Shown here piece by piece: positions 35,033-44,042 of a stretch of DNA of 64,000 bases; the stretch's first letter is position 1, and each line of letters begins with the position of its first letter. The notes under the pieces are model-generated. The model searched no databases. It worked only from the letters and a program-made list of their open reading frames with translations, and was not told the DNA's origin. This DNA comes from Candidatus Peribacteria bacterium (GTDB lineage: Bacteria > Patescibacteriota > Gracilibacteria > UBA1369 > 2-02-FULL-48-14). Position numbers and translations under genes: made by a program. The stretch is from contig CALRGE010000004.1 of assembly GCA_943357175.1 (NCBI GenBank), positions 36,420 through 100,419 on the forward strand. The letters run 5' to 3'.

Positions 35033-35992
35033 TCAAGATAGAAGTTCTATATCTGACTTAACCATCATTCTTACTAAATCACCGAAGTTGAATTCTGGAA
35101 CCCAGTTTAATTTTTTTCTTGCGTTACTTGCATCAGCAATAAGTATGTCTACTTCTGCTGGTCGAATAAAATCAGGGTTAATTTTTACATATGGAGCCCA
35201 ATCTGTGATTCCAATTTCAGCAAATGCAGCATCTAAAAATTCTTTAATACTGTGAGTTTGCCCCATTCCAATAACAAAATCTTCAGGCTCATTTTGTTGA
35301 AGCATCAAGTGCATTACCTTCACATAGTCACCTGCAAAACCCCAATCGCGCTTTGCATCAAGATTTCCTAATTGAATTTCTTTTGAGAGGCCGAGTTTGA
35401 TTTTTGCCACACCCATGCTGATTTTTCTTGTAACAAATTCTTCACCACGTCTTGGTGATTCATGGTTAAACAAAATTCCGCTGCAAATATACATTCCATA
35501 ACTTTCTCGATAATTCATTGCTGCAAAATGTGCAAAAACTTTGGCGAATCCATATGGGCTTCGTGGATGGAATGGTGTCATCTCTGTTTGTGGAGTTTCT
35601 CGAACTTTTCCAAACATTTCACTTGAAGAAGCCTGGTAAATTCTCGCGTCTTTTTTTGTCAGTCTCGCAGCTTCAAAAAGATTAAGCGCTCCAAGTCCAG
35701 TTACAGAACTGGTTAAAACCGGCATTGTGAAAGAACTGCCCACAAAAGATTGAGCCGCTAAGTTATAAATTTCATCTGGTTTGCATTTTTCTATAGCCGT
35801 GATCAAAGAAGACATATCTTGCAGATCACCATAGACAATTTCTACTTTGTCTAGCAAATGAGACACTCTTCCCAGGTTATTTCCGCTTGATCTGCGCACT
35901 AAGCCATATACTTTATAGCCGAGTGTAAGCAAGTGTTCTGCCAAATAAGACCCATCCTGACCTGTTATTCCTGTAATTAAAGCTGTTTTCAT
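35033..35992 (-). CDS. gmd: GDP-mannose 4,6-dehydratase
   Basis: ALITGITGQDGSYLAEHLL, YNLAAQSFV, SSSEMFG, SPYGFAKVFAH, LFNHESPRRGEEFVTRKI are canonical GMD motifs. Confidence 0.9.
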   Translation of the reverse strand: MKTALITGITGQDGSYLAEHLLTLGYKVYGLVRRSSGNNLGRVSHLLDKVEIVYGDLQDMSSLITAIEKCKPDEIYNLAAQSFVGSSFTMPVLTSSVTGLGALNLFEAARLTKKDARIYQASSSEMFGKVRETPQTEMTPFHPRSPYGFAKVFAHFAAMNYRESYGMYICSGILFNHESPRRGEEFVTRKISMGVAKIKLGLSKEIQLGNLDAKRDWGFAGDYVKVMHLMLQQNEPEDFVIGMGQTHSIKEFLDAAFAEIGITDWAPYVKINPDFIRPAEVDILIADASNARKKLNWVPEFNFGDLVRMMVKSDIELLS

Positions 35993-36054
35993 ACTCGTGA
36001 AGGTTAATGACTTTAACAGGTTTTGGCAATATAAAGTGGCTTTGCTCTGGCAAA

Positions 36055-36102
36055 TCCCCCGCCGGCGGGAGTTTTACAGAGAAGAAAGTGCAGTCGACTG
36101 CA
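36055..36102. repeat. bipartite hairpin motif (GC palindrome - GTTTTRCAG-N3-AGAAAGTG - second palindrome), copy 1
   Basis: CCCGCC/GGCGGG at 36058-36069, GTTTTACAG at 36071-36079, AGAAAGTG at 36083-36090, TGCAGTC/GACTGCA at 36089-36102. A second copy is at 41951-41999. Confidence 0.6.
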
Positions 36103-36107
36103 ATTTG

Positions 36108-36136
36108 GTGACGAGAATTTAAGAAATGTGTATATT
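36108..36136 (+). promoter_or_regulatory. sigma70-like promoter, leaderless geometry
   Basis: GTGACG (36108-36113), 17 nt, TATATT (36131-36136), 6 nt, ATG (36143). Confidence 0.3.
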
Positions 36137-36142
36137 TCAAAC

Positions 36143-37126
36143 ATGACAACATTAAAAAAAGGAGATGAAATTAGGGTAATTGCTCCTTCAAGAAGCTTAA
36201 TGACGGCTTGGATTTCTGAAGATTCTAAAAATCTTGCGGTGAAAAGATTTGCAGAACTCGGCTACAATTTAACTTTCGGAAAACACGTAAATGAAATCGA
36301 TGACTTTTCATCTTCGTCGATTGAAAGCCGCGTTGCAGATATTCATGAGGCTTTTGCAGATGCGAACGTGAAAATGCTTATAACTGTTGTGGGTGGATTT
36401 AATTCAAATCAGCTACTCAAATATTTAGATTACGAACTTATCAAAAAAAATCCAAAAATATTTTGCGGATATTCAGACATAACTGCCCTTTCAAATGCGA
36501 TTTATGCGAAAACAGGAATGATTACCTATTCTGGTGCGCATTTTGTTAGTTTTGCTGATCCGAATTTTAAAAGTTTTGATTATATTTGGGAATATTTTAA
36601 AAAGTGCCTATGTGATGAGGAAAGTTTTGAGGTAATTCCTTCGAAAGAATGGAGTAATGACGGCTTTGCTTGTGATCAAAACAAAAGAGTTTTTGTGGAA
36701 AAAGAAGAATTTTGGCTAATAAATGAAGGTGAAGCGGAGGGGATTTCCTTGGGTGGTAATCAGTGCACTTTAAATCTTTTACAAGGCACGGAGTTTATGC
36801 CAAATCTAGATGGTAGTATTTTATTTTTGGAAGATGATGAAGAAGCTCATATTGCAACTTTTGATCGTGATTTGCAGTCTATAATTCATCAAGCAGATTT
36901 TGAAAAAGTTCAAGGAATTGTTATTGGACGCTTTCGAAATCAAGTCAGTATGACAAAAGATATTTTGACTAAAATTATTAAATCAAAAAGAGAACTCGAC
37001 TCTATTCCTGTAATTGCAAATGTAGATTTTGGACATACCTGGCCAATTATTACTTTCCCGATTGGAGGCCTGGTGAAATTAAGTGCTAAAATTGGCAAAA
37101 TTAAATTGGAAATTTTAAAACATTAA
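36143..37126 (+). CDS. S66-family LD-carboxypeptidase (LdcA/MccF-like)
   Basis: LKKGDEIRVIAPS, nucleophile elbow FCGYSDITAL, LFLEDDEE, VDFGHTWP (Ser-Glu-His triad context). An alternative ATG lies at 36128. Confidence 0.75.
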   Translation: MTTLKKGDEIRVIAPSRSLMTAWISEDSKNLAVKRFAELGYNLTFGKHVNEIDDFSSSSIESRVADIHEAFADANVKMLITVVGGFNSNQLLKYLDYELIKKNPKIFCGYSDITALSNAIYAKTGMITYSGAHFVSFADPNFKSFDYIWEYFKKCLCDEESFEVIPSKEWSNDGFACDQNKRVFVEKEEFWLINEGEAEGISLGGNQCTLNLLQGTEFMPNLDGSILFLEDDEEAHIATFDRDLQSIIHQADFEKVQGIVIGRFRNQVSMTKDILTKIIKSKRELDSIPVIANVDFGHTWPIITFPIGGLVKLSAKIGKIKLEILKH

Positions 37127-37142
37127 AATAACCAATACTTTT

Positions 37143-38042
37143 TTACAAACATTTGCGTAAACCCTCGTCCAAGGTGACTTTTGGATTGAAACCAAGCAAT
37201 TTTCTGGCTTTTGAGATATCTGCGCAGGAGTGAACAATGTCGCCTACTCGAGGTGATTTGAATTCCGGATCGATTTCAGAATTGTGAATTTTGGCGAGAG
37301 TCGAGATCAAATCTAGAATTGAAATTGATTCACCACGGCCGATGTTCATCACTTCGCCTGAAACTGAAGAATTCATTGCTAACAAATTTGCATTTACAAC
37401 ATCATCAACGAAAATGAAATCGCGGGTTTGTGAGCCATCTCCATAGACAGAAATTTTTTCGCCTTTTTTTATTTTGTCTGAGAAAAGTGCGATGACTGCT
37501 GAGTATGGAGAGGATGGATCTTGGCCCGGACCAAAAACATTGAAATAACGGAAAATAACAGATTGGATTCCGTAAAGATGACTGTAAGTTTTTATCAAAT
37601 ATTCACTTTCAAGTTTTGCGTATGCATATGGAGAAAGAGTTTGCGGGGTCATGTCTTCCGTATTTTTTACTGAGCCTTGATCTCCGTAAACTGCGGAGGT
37701 ACTGGAATAGACAATTTTTTTGATTTTTAATTCTCGCATGGCTTCGAGTATTTGCAATGTGCCGAGAGCATTAACTTCAAGTGTGTATTTTGGATCGGCC
37801 ATTGATTTTGGAACTGAAACTAGAGCGGCCAAATGGAAAACTCCATCGCAATTTTGCATTGATTCGCGAAGCAAATTTTTATCTGTAATTGAGCCTTGAA
37901 AAAACTCTGCAGCTGCAGGGACATTTTCAATTTTTGAATTCGAAAGATCGTCAATTATCGCAACTTTGTGTCCTTGCGCGAGTAAAGCTCGTGCGATGTG
38001 CGAACCAATGAATCCTGCTCCGCCTGTGACTAAATATTTCAT
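37143..38042 (-). CDS. extended SDR, UDP-hexose 4-epimerase-like
   Basis: [41 protein letters not shown]. Confidence 0.75.
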   Translation of the reverse strand: MKYLVTGGAGFIGSHIARALLAQGHKVAIIDDLSNSKIENVPAAAEFFQGSITDKNLLRESMQNCDGVFHLAALVSVPKSMADPKYTLEVNALGTLQILEAMRELKIKKIVYSSTSAVYGDQGSVKNTEDMTPQTLSPYAYAKLESEYLIKTYSHLYGIQSVIFRYFNVFGPGQDPSSPYSAVIALFSDKIKKGEKISVYGDGSQTRDFIFVDDVVNANLLAMNSSVSGEVMNIGRGESISILDLISTLAKIHNSEIDPEFKSPRVGDIVHSCADISKARKLLGFNPKVTLDEGLRKCL

Positions 38043-38962
38043 TTTTTGTACCAGTTAACTAATTTTTCGATTCCTTGTTCAAGAGTTGTTTGAGGATTAT
38101 AGCCAAGAAGTTTTTGGGCTTTTGTGATATCTGCGTATGTCATTTCTACGTCGCCCGGCTGCATTGGTAGTTCTTCAATTTTCGCGCTTTTACCAAGATT
38201 TTTTTCGATAGTAGAAATCAAAACTCGCAATTCTTCAGGTTTATTGTTGCCAAGATTTATAATTTCAAAATTGAAAGGATGATCAATGGCCGATACAATT
38301 CCTGAAACTATATCATCAATAAAAGTATAATCACGCATAGAAGTTCCGTCGCCAAAACGCTTAATTGTTTCGCCTGCATCAATTGCTTTTGTAAACATTA
38401 ATGGTGCCATATCAGGCCGGCCACTTGGACCGTAAACAGTGAAAAATCTTAGGCAAGTTATCTGCAAACCGTACATTTTTGAATATGCATAAGCCAAACT
38501 TTCTCCTGCTCTTTTTGTTGCCGCATAAGGGCTAATCGGGTTTTCTGTTTCATCTGTTTCTGAGAAAGGTGTCTTTTTTTGATTACCGTAAACTGAAGAA
38601 CTTGAGGCTGAAACGATTCTGCCTACTCCATGTTTTCTGCAAGCATCAAGCAAAATATTTGTTCCAAGCACGTTCACATTATGATAAAGCACAGGATCTG
38701 CAATTGAGGCGCGCACGCCGGCTCGTGCGGCGAGATGTAAAAGTACATCAGGTTGAAGTTCAGCGAAGATTTTATCTATTGCGGCTTCGTCGCAAATATC
38801 GACACGAAAGACATTTAAATTTTCTGCATTTTTCTCTTTTTGTTCAACCTCATAGTAATCATTAAAATTGTCAATACCGTAGACAGTATCGCCACGCGCG
38901 AGAAGTGCCTTCGCACTATGCGATCCAATAAAACCTGCCGCGCCTGTGACTAAAATTTTCAT
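38039..38962 (-). CDS. extended SDR, UDP-glucuronate 4-epimerase-like
   Basis: MKILVTGAAGFIGSH, GIDNFNDYYEVEQKEKN (typical of UDP-GlcA 4-epimerases), SSSSVYG, SPYAATKRAGE. The tracked ORF allows an earlier start at 38980. Confidence 0.65.
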   Translation of the reverse strand: MKILVTGAAGFIGSHSAKALLARGDTVYGIDNFNDYYEVEQKEKNAENLNVFRVDICDEAAIDKIFAELQPDVLLHLAARAGVRASIADPVLYHNVNVLGTNILLDACRKHGVGRIVSASSSSVYGNQKKTPFSETDETENPISPYAATKRAGESLAYAYSKMYGLQITCLRFFTVYGPSGRPDMAPLMFTKAIDAGETIKRFGDGTSMRDYTFIDDIVSGIVSAIDHPFNFEIINLGNNKPEELRVLISTIEKNLGKSAKIEELPMQPGDVEMTYADITKAQKLLGYNPQTTLEQGIEKLVNWYKK

Positions 38963-38989
38963 GCTCGTGTAAGTTAGCATGAAACTGAT

Positions 38990-39751
38990 CTAGTCACAAT
39001 TCTCCCATATAAACTCGAATAAAGCTTTCATTGTATCGGCCATCATTGGATCTTGAAGGAGCACTGCAATGTGTGTTTTTTCTCTTATTGAAAAATACAA
39101 AACAGTGTCGCCGTAAACGTGAATGTTTCCGGGCAGCGAATATTTTTTGGGAATGAATCGACGTTCCCGCATTTCATTCGGCTTGTTTACATTTTTTCCC
39201 TTTTCATCTGTTTTTCCAACAAGTACGCGTGCAAAAATTCCCTTTTTCATTCGCATTTTAATGAAAAAATCATCGTCATTTTTACGGATTTTTGGATCTT
39301 TTAAAAACTCATATGATGTAAAAATCAGAAGTTCCTTTATTCCTTCCTTAAAAAGGCATAAATTAAATGCTTCAATAACCTGGTCAATTCCTTCAAAAAA
39401 CTGAACTTTTGGCGCTATATTCCGTCTTTGATGAATTGAGCTTAGAATCGGCAGAATTTCTTCGATTTTACTTATATTTTCCTGCTTTTCTTCAATCGTT
39501 CTTTGCAGATATTGGAGTAGAGCTTGTGGCGATTTACAGGTATAAAATTGTGTATTTCTTTTGTATAACTTTCTAACAATTCCTCTCTCGCAAAGCTTAT
39601 CTAAGACACCTCTAGTTGTGGAACGCGGCGTATTTGTTGTGAGCGCAATTACAGATGCTGACTGCTCTCCCACATTTAATAATTGAAGATAAATTTTTGT
39701 CTCAAAATTATTTAGCCCGATGCTTTGTAAAATTGACTGTAAGTCTTTCAT
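38990..39751 (-). CDS. TrmB-family transcriptional regulator
   Basis: N-terminal wHTH LGLNNFETKIYLQLLNVGEQSASVIALTTNTPRSTTRGVLDKLCERGIV plus a TrmB-type C-terminal domain. Confidence 0.7.
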   Translation of the reverse strand: MKDLQSILQSIGLNNFETKIYLQLLNVGEQSASVIALTTNTPRSTTRGVLDKLCERGIVRKLYKRNTQFYTCKSPQALLQYLQRTIEEKQENISKIEEILPILSSIHQRRNIAPKVQFFEGIDQVIEAFNLCLFKEGIKELLIFTSYEFLKDPKIRKNDDDFFIKMRMKKGIFARVLVGKTDEKGKNVNKPNEMRERRFIPKKYSLPGNIHVYGDTVLYFSIREKTHIAVLLQDPMMADTMKALFEFIWENCD

Positions 39752-39833
39752 AGTAAGTGGCGAAATTGACCGCCAGATTGAAAGTGTATTCGTATCTTGC
39801 TTTTATGTCCACAGATTCTTAACCCCCTATCAC

Positions 39834-40394
39834 ATGAAGACATTAGAAATAGCCACCTTACCAATTGAAGTTCTCGAATTAGAACTACGAAAAGACCCAA
39901 CAATTGGGAATGAAATAAATCACAATAAGGAGAAAGTTGAAGATGTTCTAAGTGGTAATTTTAGAAAAATTGCCATCAAAAAGAAAGCGGAGGCACTTTG
40001 GACAATAGCGGCTGAGGGCAATATTGAAGCTATGTTGAGTGGGAAAAATGCAGTAGAAGCAATTTTTTTTGCGCAAAACGGTGGCGAAATTGTACCTCTG
40101 TGGGAGCTATATAAAACTTTGGATTTTTATGCTTACACCATGCACAATAACTTACTAGACCAAGGCTTTGCATATGAAAATTTGACCTGTGAGGAAGAAG
40201 TAAAACGTGCAATTTATGAAATGTCTATTCCTTTATCTGACAAAGATAAAGTTTTGGATGAAATTGATAAAGAAGGTGAAGCAGGTATGTATACAACTAC
40301 AGAGAGTTTCGTTGTTGGTGTTTTGAGAAAACTTGGCGCTCACTACTGGGCTAAACACGTTGTGCTTAGTTACAATGAAATAAATTCTAACTGA
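39834..40394 (+). CDS. hypothetical protein (186 aa)
   Basis: ORF with normal composition. Start set at the ATG at 39834, because the tracked 5' extension overlaps the trmB-like start. No motif recognised. Confidence 0.4.
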   Translation: MKTLEIATLPIEVLELELRKDPTIGNEINHNKEKVEDVLSGNFRKIAIKKKAEALWTIAAEGNIEAMLSGKNAVEAIFFAQNGGEIVPLWELYKTLDFYAYTMHNNLLDQGFAYENLTCEEEVKRAIYEMSIPLSDKDKVLDEIDKEGEAGMYTTTESFVVGVLRKLGAHYWAKHVVLSYNEINSN

Positions 40395-40464
40395 TTTTAG
40401 ATGAACAGCGCATAGACAAAAGTAACTTTAAGATTTAATTTGTTATTGTTTTATTTTTACTTAA

Positions 40465-41388
40465 ATGACAGTTAATAATTTTGATGAGGTAGGCGCACAA
40501 AGTATTGTGGATTTTTATTTTTTATACATAGATAAACTATATGAAAATCCGGTTTTTAAGAGACAAATTCTAAATTATCAATTTGAGATAAATCGAGATA
40601 TATCAAATGAAAAAGATTTGTTTAAAAATATCTTAAGTATATATCTTGAAGAAGCAAAGCTGACATTATCACTTTTAAATAATCATGATTTTACAAAGCA
40701 AATGTCATTTTTAGAGATTGGAGGAGGGTCAGGCTTAGTATACGGATTTCTAAAAAAACAGGGCTATAATATTTATGGAATTGAGCCGTGTGACTCTGGC
40801 TTTGATGGCTACTATAGTGCTGCTATAGAACTATTTAAAGTGATAGATGTTGATGCATCTAACTTTCGACCATTTTTAGCAAAAGATGTTGAGAAATTAG
40901 ACGCAAGTTTTGATGTGATTTTTTCTAACAATGTATTTGAGCATATTCCTGAACTTGAAGAGTCAATCGTATGCTTAAAAAAAATCTTAAAAGTAAATGG
41001 AATTATGATTCATAACACAGTAAATTATTTTATCCCTTATGAGCCTCATTTTCAGATGCTTTTATTGCCTTTTTTTCCAAGATATACAGAATTATTTAAA
41101 CCTAGCCTAAAAAAACTTGAACTTTGGAATGGATTAAATTTTATAACAACTCATAAATTAGCAAAGATGTGCCGAACAAATGGATTAAAAATTGATTTTA
41201 TGAAAGATAGGTTATTTAAGACATTTATAAGACTAGATAATGATCAAGCCTTTGCTAAACGACAAAAACTTTTTGTTAGCATATATAGATTTTTGAAATC
41301 AACTGGACTAATTAAGATCTTGAATAAGATTCCTATTGCGTTCACAACACCTATTACTTTTACAATTACACATCTAGCTAAAACTTAG
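40465..41388 (+). CDS. class I SAM-dependent methyltransferase
   Basis: FLEIGGGSGLVYGFL (motif I), GIEP, FDVIFSNNVFEHI. Confidence 0.7.
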   Translation: MTVNNFDEVGAQSIVDFYFLYIDKLYENPVFKRQILNYQFEINRDISNEKDLFKNILSIYLEEAKLTLSLLNNHDFTKQMSFLEIGGGSGLVYGFLKKQGYNIYGIEPCDSGFDGYYSAAIELFKVIDVDASNFRPFLAKDVEKLDASFDVIFSNNVFEHIPELEESIVCLKKILKVNGIMIHNTVNYFIPYEPHFQMLLLPFFPRYTELFKPSLKKLELWNGLNFITTHKLAKMCRTNGLKIDFMKDRLFKTFIRLDNDQAFAKRQKLFVSIYRFLKSTGLIKILNKIPIAFTTPITFTITHLAKT

Positions 41389-41927
41389 ATTAATAATTTC
41401 TCTAAGAGCAAATCGAATTTTGAGTAACCGGCTGATTGATTTATATGGCCGGCTCCGGGTACGAGCATCACTTTCACGTTAAGCAGCCCAGCAAGTTCTT
41501 CGGCTTTTTCAAGCTTAATGTATGGGTCGTTATCTGAATGGAAAATTGTGAAATTTTTGCAATTTTGTTTTATCTTTTCCCAGTTGAAGTTTTTTTGAGA
41601 AAAAGTTTTCATTGAGTCGTCGAATTTATTCCCAGCTAGGCCCACAAAACCTGCGACAAGAAATGCAGCTTTTGCAGTGTGTTTTTCAAGCACGTTCAAT
41701 ACAAAAGGTACTCCCAAACTGTGGCCGATAAAAATCGATTCGGGAGTGATAAATTCTTCGTAATTTTTTAATACCGTTAGCCAGTTTTCAAGAGTTTGAC
41801 CTTCAGGACTTGGAAATTGTGGAATGATCACATTGTGACCGTGTTTTTCTAGTTCTGTTTTAAGCCAGGGAAACCAGTTTTCTTCTGGTGTGCCGCCAAC
41901 GCCGTGGATGATGAAGATGTTAGTCAT
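41385..41927 (-). CDS. YdeN/RBBP9-family alpha/beta serine hydrolase
   Basis: IFIIHGVGGTPEENWFPWL, nucleophile elbow GHSLG, HSDNDPY, GAGHIN. 180 aa. Confidence 0.7.
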   Translation of the reverse strand: MTNIFIIHGVGGTPEENWFPWLKTELEKHGHNVIIPQFPSPEGQTLENWLTVLKNYEEFITPESIFIGHSLGVPFVLNVLEKHTAKAAFLVAGFVGLAGNKFDDSMKTFSQKNFNWEKIKQNCKNFTIFHSDNDPYIKLEKAEELAGLLNVKVMLVPGAGHINQSAGYSKFDLLLEKLLI

Positions 41928-41950
41928 ACCATTAGCCTATGTTCTAATTC

Positions 41951-41999
41951 ACCCCCGGCGGGGGTTTTGCAGGTTAGAAAGTGTTCCCGGGAACACTTT
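41951..41999. repeat. bipartite hairpin motif, copy 2
   Basis: ACCCCCG-G-CGGGGGT at 41951-41965, GTTTTGCAG at 41964-41972, AGAAAGTG at 41976-41983, and a 22-nt perfect palindrome AAAGTGTTCCC/GGGAACACTTT at 41978-41999 that abuts the ugd stop codon. Confidence 0.6.
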
Positions 42000-43297
42000 T
42001 ATCTCCCCACGCTCACGTATTTAAACCCAAGTTTTTCCATTTCTGCTGGCTGGTAGATATTTCTTCCGTCGAATACTGATTTTCCTTTCATTGAACTTGC
42101 AATTCGAGTGAGGTCGATTGCACGGAATTCGTCCCATTCTGTGACAATTAAAAGAATATCTGCACCGGTGGCGGCATCGTAAGGTGAAGGAAGATATTCT
42201 ATATTAGTTGTACCAAGAATTTTTTTTGCATTTTCAGCTGCAACAGGATCAAAAACGCGTAGGCGGGCGCCGGATTTTAACAGTTCAGGAAGAATTTCAA
42301 GGGATGGAGCTTCACGCATGTCATCTGTTTTTGGTTTGAATGCAAGCCCCCAAACTGCAATTGTGAGGCCGACAAGATCAGGGAATTCTTTGCGGATTTT
42401 CTCTACGATTATTTTCTTCTGTATTTGATTAACATCATTCGCCGCTTTGATAATTTTGAATTCGTAACCTTTATCACGACCAGTTTGAATGAAGGCGTTT
42501 ACATCTTTTGGAAAGCAACTTCCCCCGTAACCAATTCCGGCGTGTAAAAAACGTGGACCGATTCTATCGTCAAGTCCCATTCCCTTCGCAACCATTGTTA
42601 CATCTCCACCGGCAGCTTCACAGAAATTTGCGATTTCGTTGATGAACGAAATTTTTGTGGCGAGGAATGCATTTGATGCATATTTGATAATTTCTGCTGA
42701 ATGAATATCTGTGAAGAGTAGAGGCCTGCCGGCTCGAACTAGTGGAGAATAGAGTTTTTCCATCGCCTCGCGGGCTTTGTCACTTTCTACTCCACAAACT
42801 ATTCTGTCTGGGTTCAAAAAGTCCTTAACTGCAGAGCCTTCACGAAGGAATTCAGGATTGTCTACTACATCAAAAGGGTGTGTGGTTTGTGAGGCGATTA
42901 TATCTTTCACTTCATTGCTAGTACCTACAGGAACTGTAGATTTATTAACAAAAACTTTGTATCCATTTAAATTTTGACCGACTGATTTTGCCACAGCTCG
43001 AACTGCAGAAAGATCTGCTCTGTCATCACCACCTTGAGGTGTACCAACGGCTGAGAAAATAATTTCACAAGCTTCAATTGCAGATTTTAAATCGGTAGAA
43101 AAATTTAAACGACCTTCTTTGTAATTTCTCAAAACAAGCTCTTCAAGCCCTGGTTCGTAAATTGGAATTTCACCTTTTTTTAATCTTTCAATTTTTGCAG
43201 CATCAATATCAATACAAATTACGTCATTGCCTAGCTCTGCGAAGCATGTGCCAGTAACTAATCCAACGTATCCGGTACCAACGACAGTTATTTTCAT
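41999..43297 (-). CDS. ugd: UDP-glucose 6-dehydrogenase
   Basis: MKITVVGTGYVGLVTG, NPEFLREG, GYGGSCFPKD (catalytic Cys), AFKPKTDDMREAP. Confidence 0.9.
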   Translation of the reverse strand: MKITVVGTGYVGLVTGTCFAELGNDVICIDIDAAKIERLKKGEIPIYEPGLEELVLRNYKEGRLNFSTDLKSAIEACEIIFSAVGTPQGGDDRADLSAVRAVAKSVGQNLNGYKVFVNKSTVPVGTSNEVKDIIASQTTHPFDVVDNPEFLREGSAVKDFLNPDRIVCGVESDKAREAMEKLYSPLVRAGRPLLFTDIHSAEIIKYASNAFLATKISFINEIANFCEAAGGDVTMVAKGMGLDDRIGPRFLHAGIGYGGSCFPKDVNAFIQTGRDKGYEFKIIKAANDVNQIQKKIIVEKIRKEFPDLVGLTIAVWGLAFKPKTDDMREAPSLEILPELLKSGARLRVFDPVAAENAKKILGTTNIEYLPSPYDAATGADILLIVTEWDEFRAIDLTRIASSMKGKSVFDGRNIYQPAEMEKLGFKYVSVGR

Positions 43298-43355
43298 CGC
43301 TGGAACAATAAATGAGGGATTGGAAAAAGTCGAGCTTTTACGGTAGTCTTGCGCC

Positions 43356-44036
43356 GTGCATTATTCAAAATTTTCATTTTCAGATTTAGGATTCGTTTGG
43401 ACTGAGTCGATGCGAGGTAAAAGTTTACCAAGAGCATTACTTAATTTAAGTTTGAAAAAATATCCATTCGATAGATTAACAGGTAAAGTTATAGATTTAG
43501 GAGCAAAAAGTGATGGCTCAAGTTACTTTCGATTTCTTGAGAAAGATCCAAGCGCAGAAATGTTTTTTTGTGACTACTTTACCGAGGGGCCAAATTTGAT
43601 GAAGATTGACCTGGAGAAGCCATTTCCTGCGAGTTTGAGTGATTTTGACAATGTACTTTGTTTCAACACAATCGAGCATATTTTTAATACAGATAATTTA
43701 ATTTCTGAAAGTGCACGAATAATGAAAAAAGGAGGAAAATTTATTGGCTGTGTACCTTTTTTGTATCCTTATCACGCCGACCCTGATGATTATCACAGAT
43801 ATACACATTCAGCCTTGGAAAGAATTTTTGAAAAGCATGGGCTGAAAATGAAAAGAATTGTTTCGGTTGGAGTTGGGCCATTTATTTTGGGATTTCAAAC
43901 TACCCCTGCGCCGAAACTTTTAAGGGCAATTTTTCAGTCCGGATTATTTTTGATGGATTTAATTTGTAATTCTTATTACAAAAAATATGCTGGGAACTTC
44001 TGCTTGTTATATTTGTTTGAGGCAGTAAAATCTTGA
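43356..44036 (+). CDS. class I SAM-dependent methyltransferase
   Basis: [31 protein letters not shown]. The tracked start is a GTG; an in-frame ATG lies at 43410. Confidence 0.65.
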   Translation: MHYSKFSFSDLGFVWTESMRGKSLPRALLNLSLKKYPFDRLTGKVIDLGAKSDGSSYFRFLEKDPSAEMFFCDYFTEGPNLMKIDLEKPFPASLSDFDNVLCFNTIEHIFNTDNLISESARIMKKGGKFIGCVPFLYPYHADPDDYHRYTHSALERIFEKHGLKMKRIVSVGVGPFILGFQTTPAPKLLRAIFQSGLFLMDLICNSYYKKYAGNFCLLYLFEAVKS

Positions 44037-44042
44037 TAAATT

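Noticed and set aside
35913-36152. 79-aa minus-strand ORF covering the gmd start and the intergenic hairpin motif.
   Set aside because: It overlaps the well-supported gmd N-terminus out of frame. The rest is read through palindromic non-coding sequence, and its composition is atypical.
39720-39833. Upstream extension of the 39834-40394 ORF, and similar 5' extensions at 23704-23784, 24885-24920, 27471-27557, 28136-28186, 57563-57583 and 63770-63832.
   Set aside because: Each extension overlaps the neighbouring gene or a divergent start. An internal ATG restores a canonical family N-terminus or an ATGA stop/start junction.
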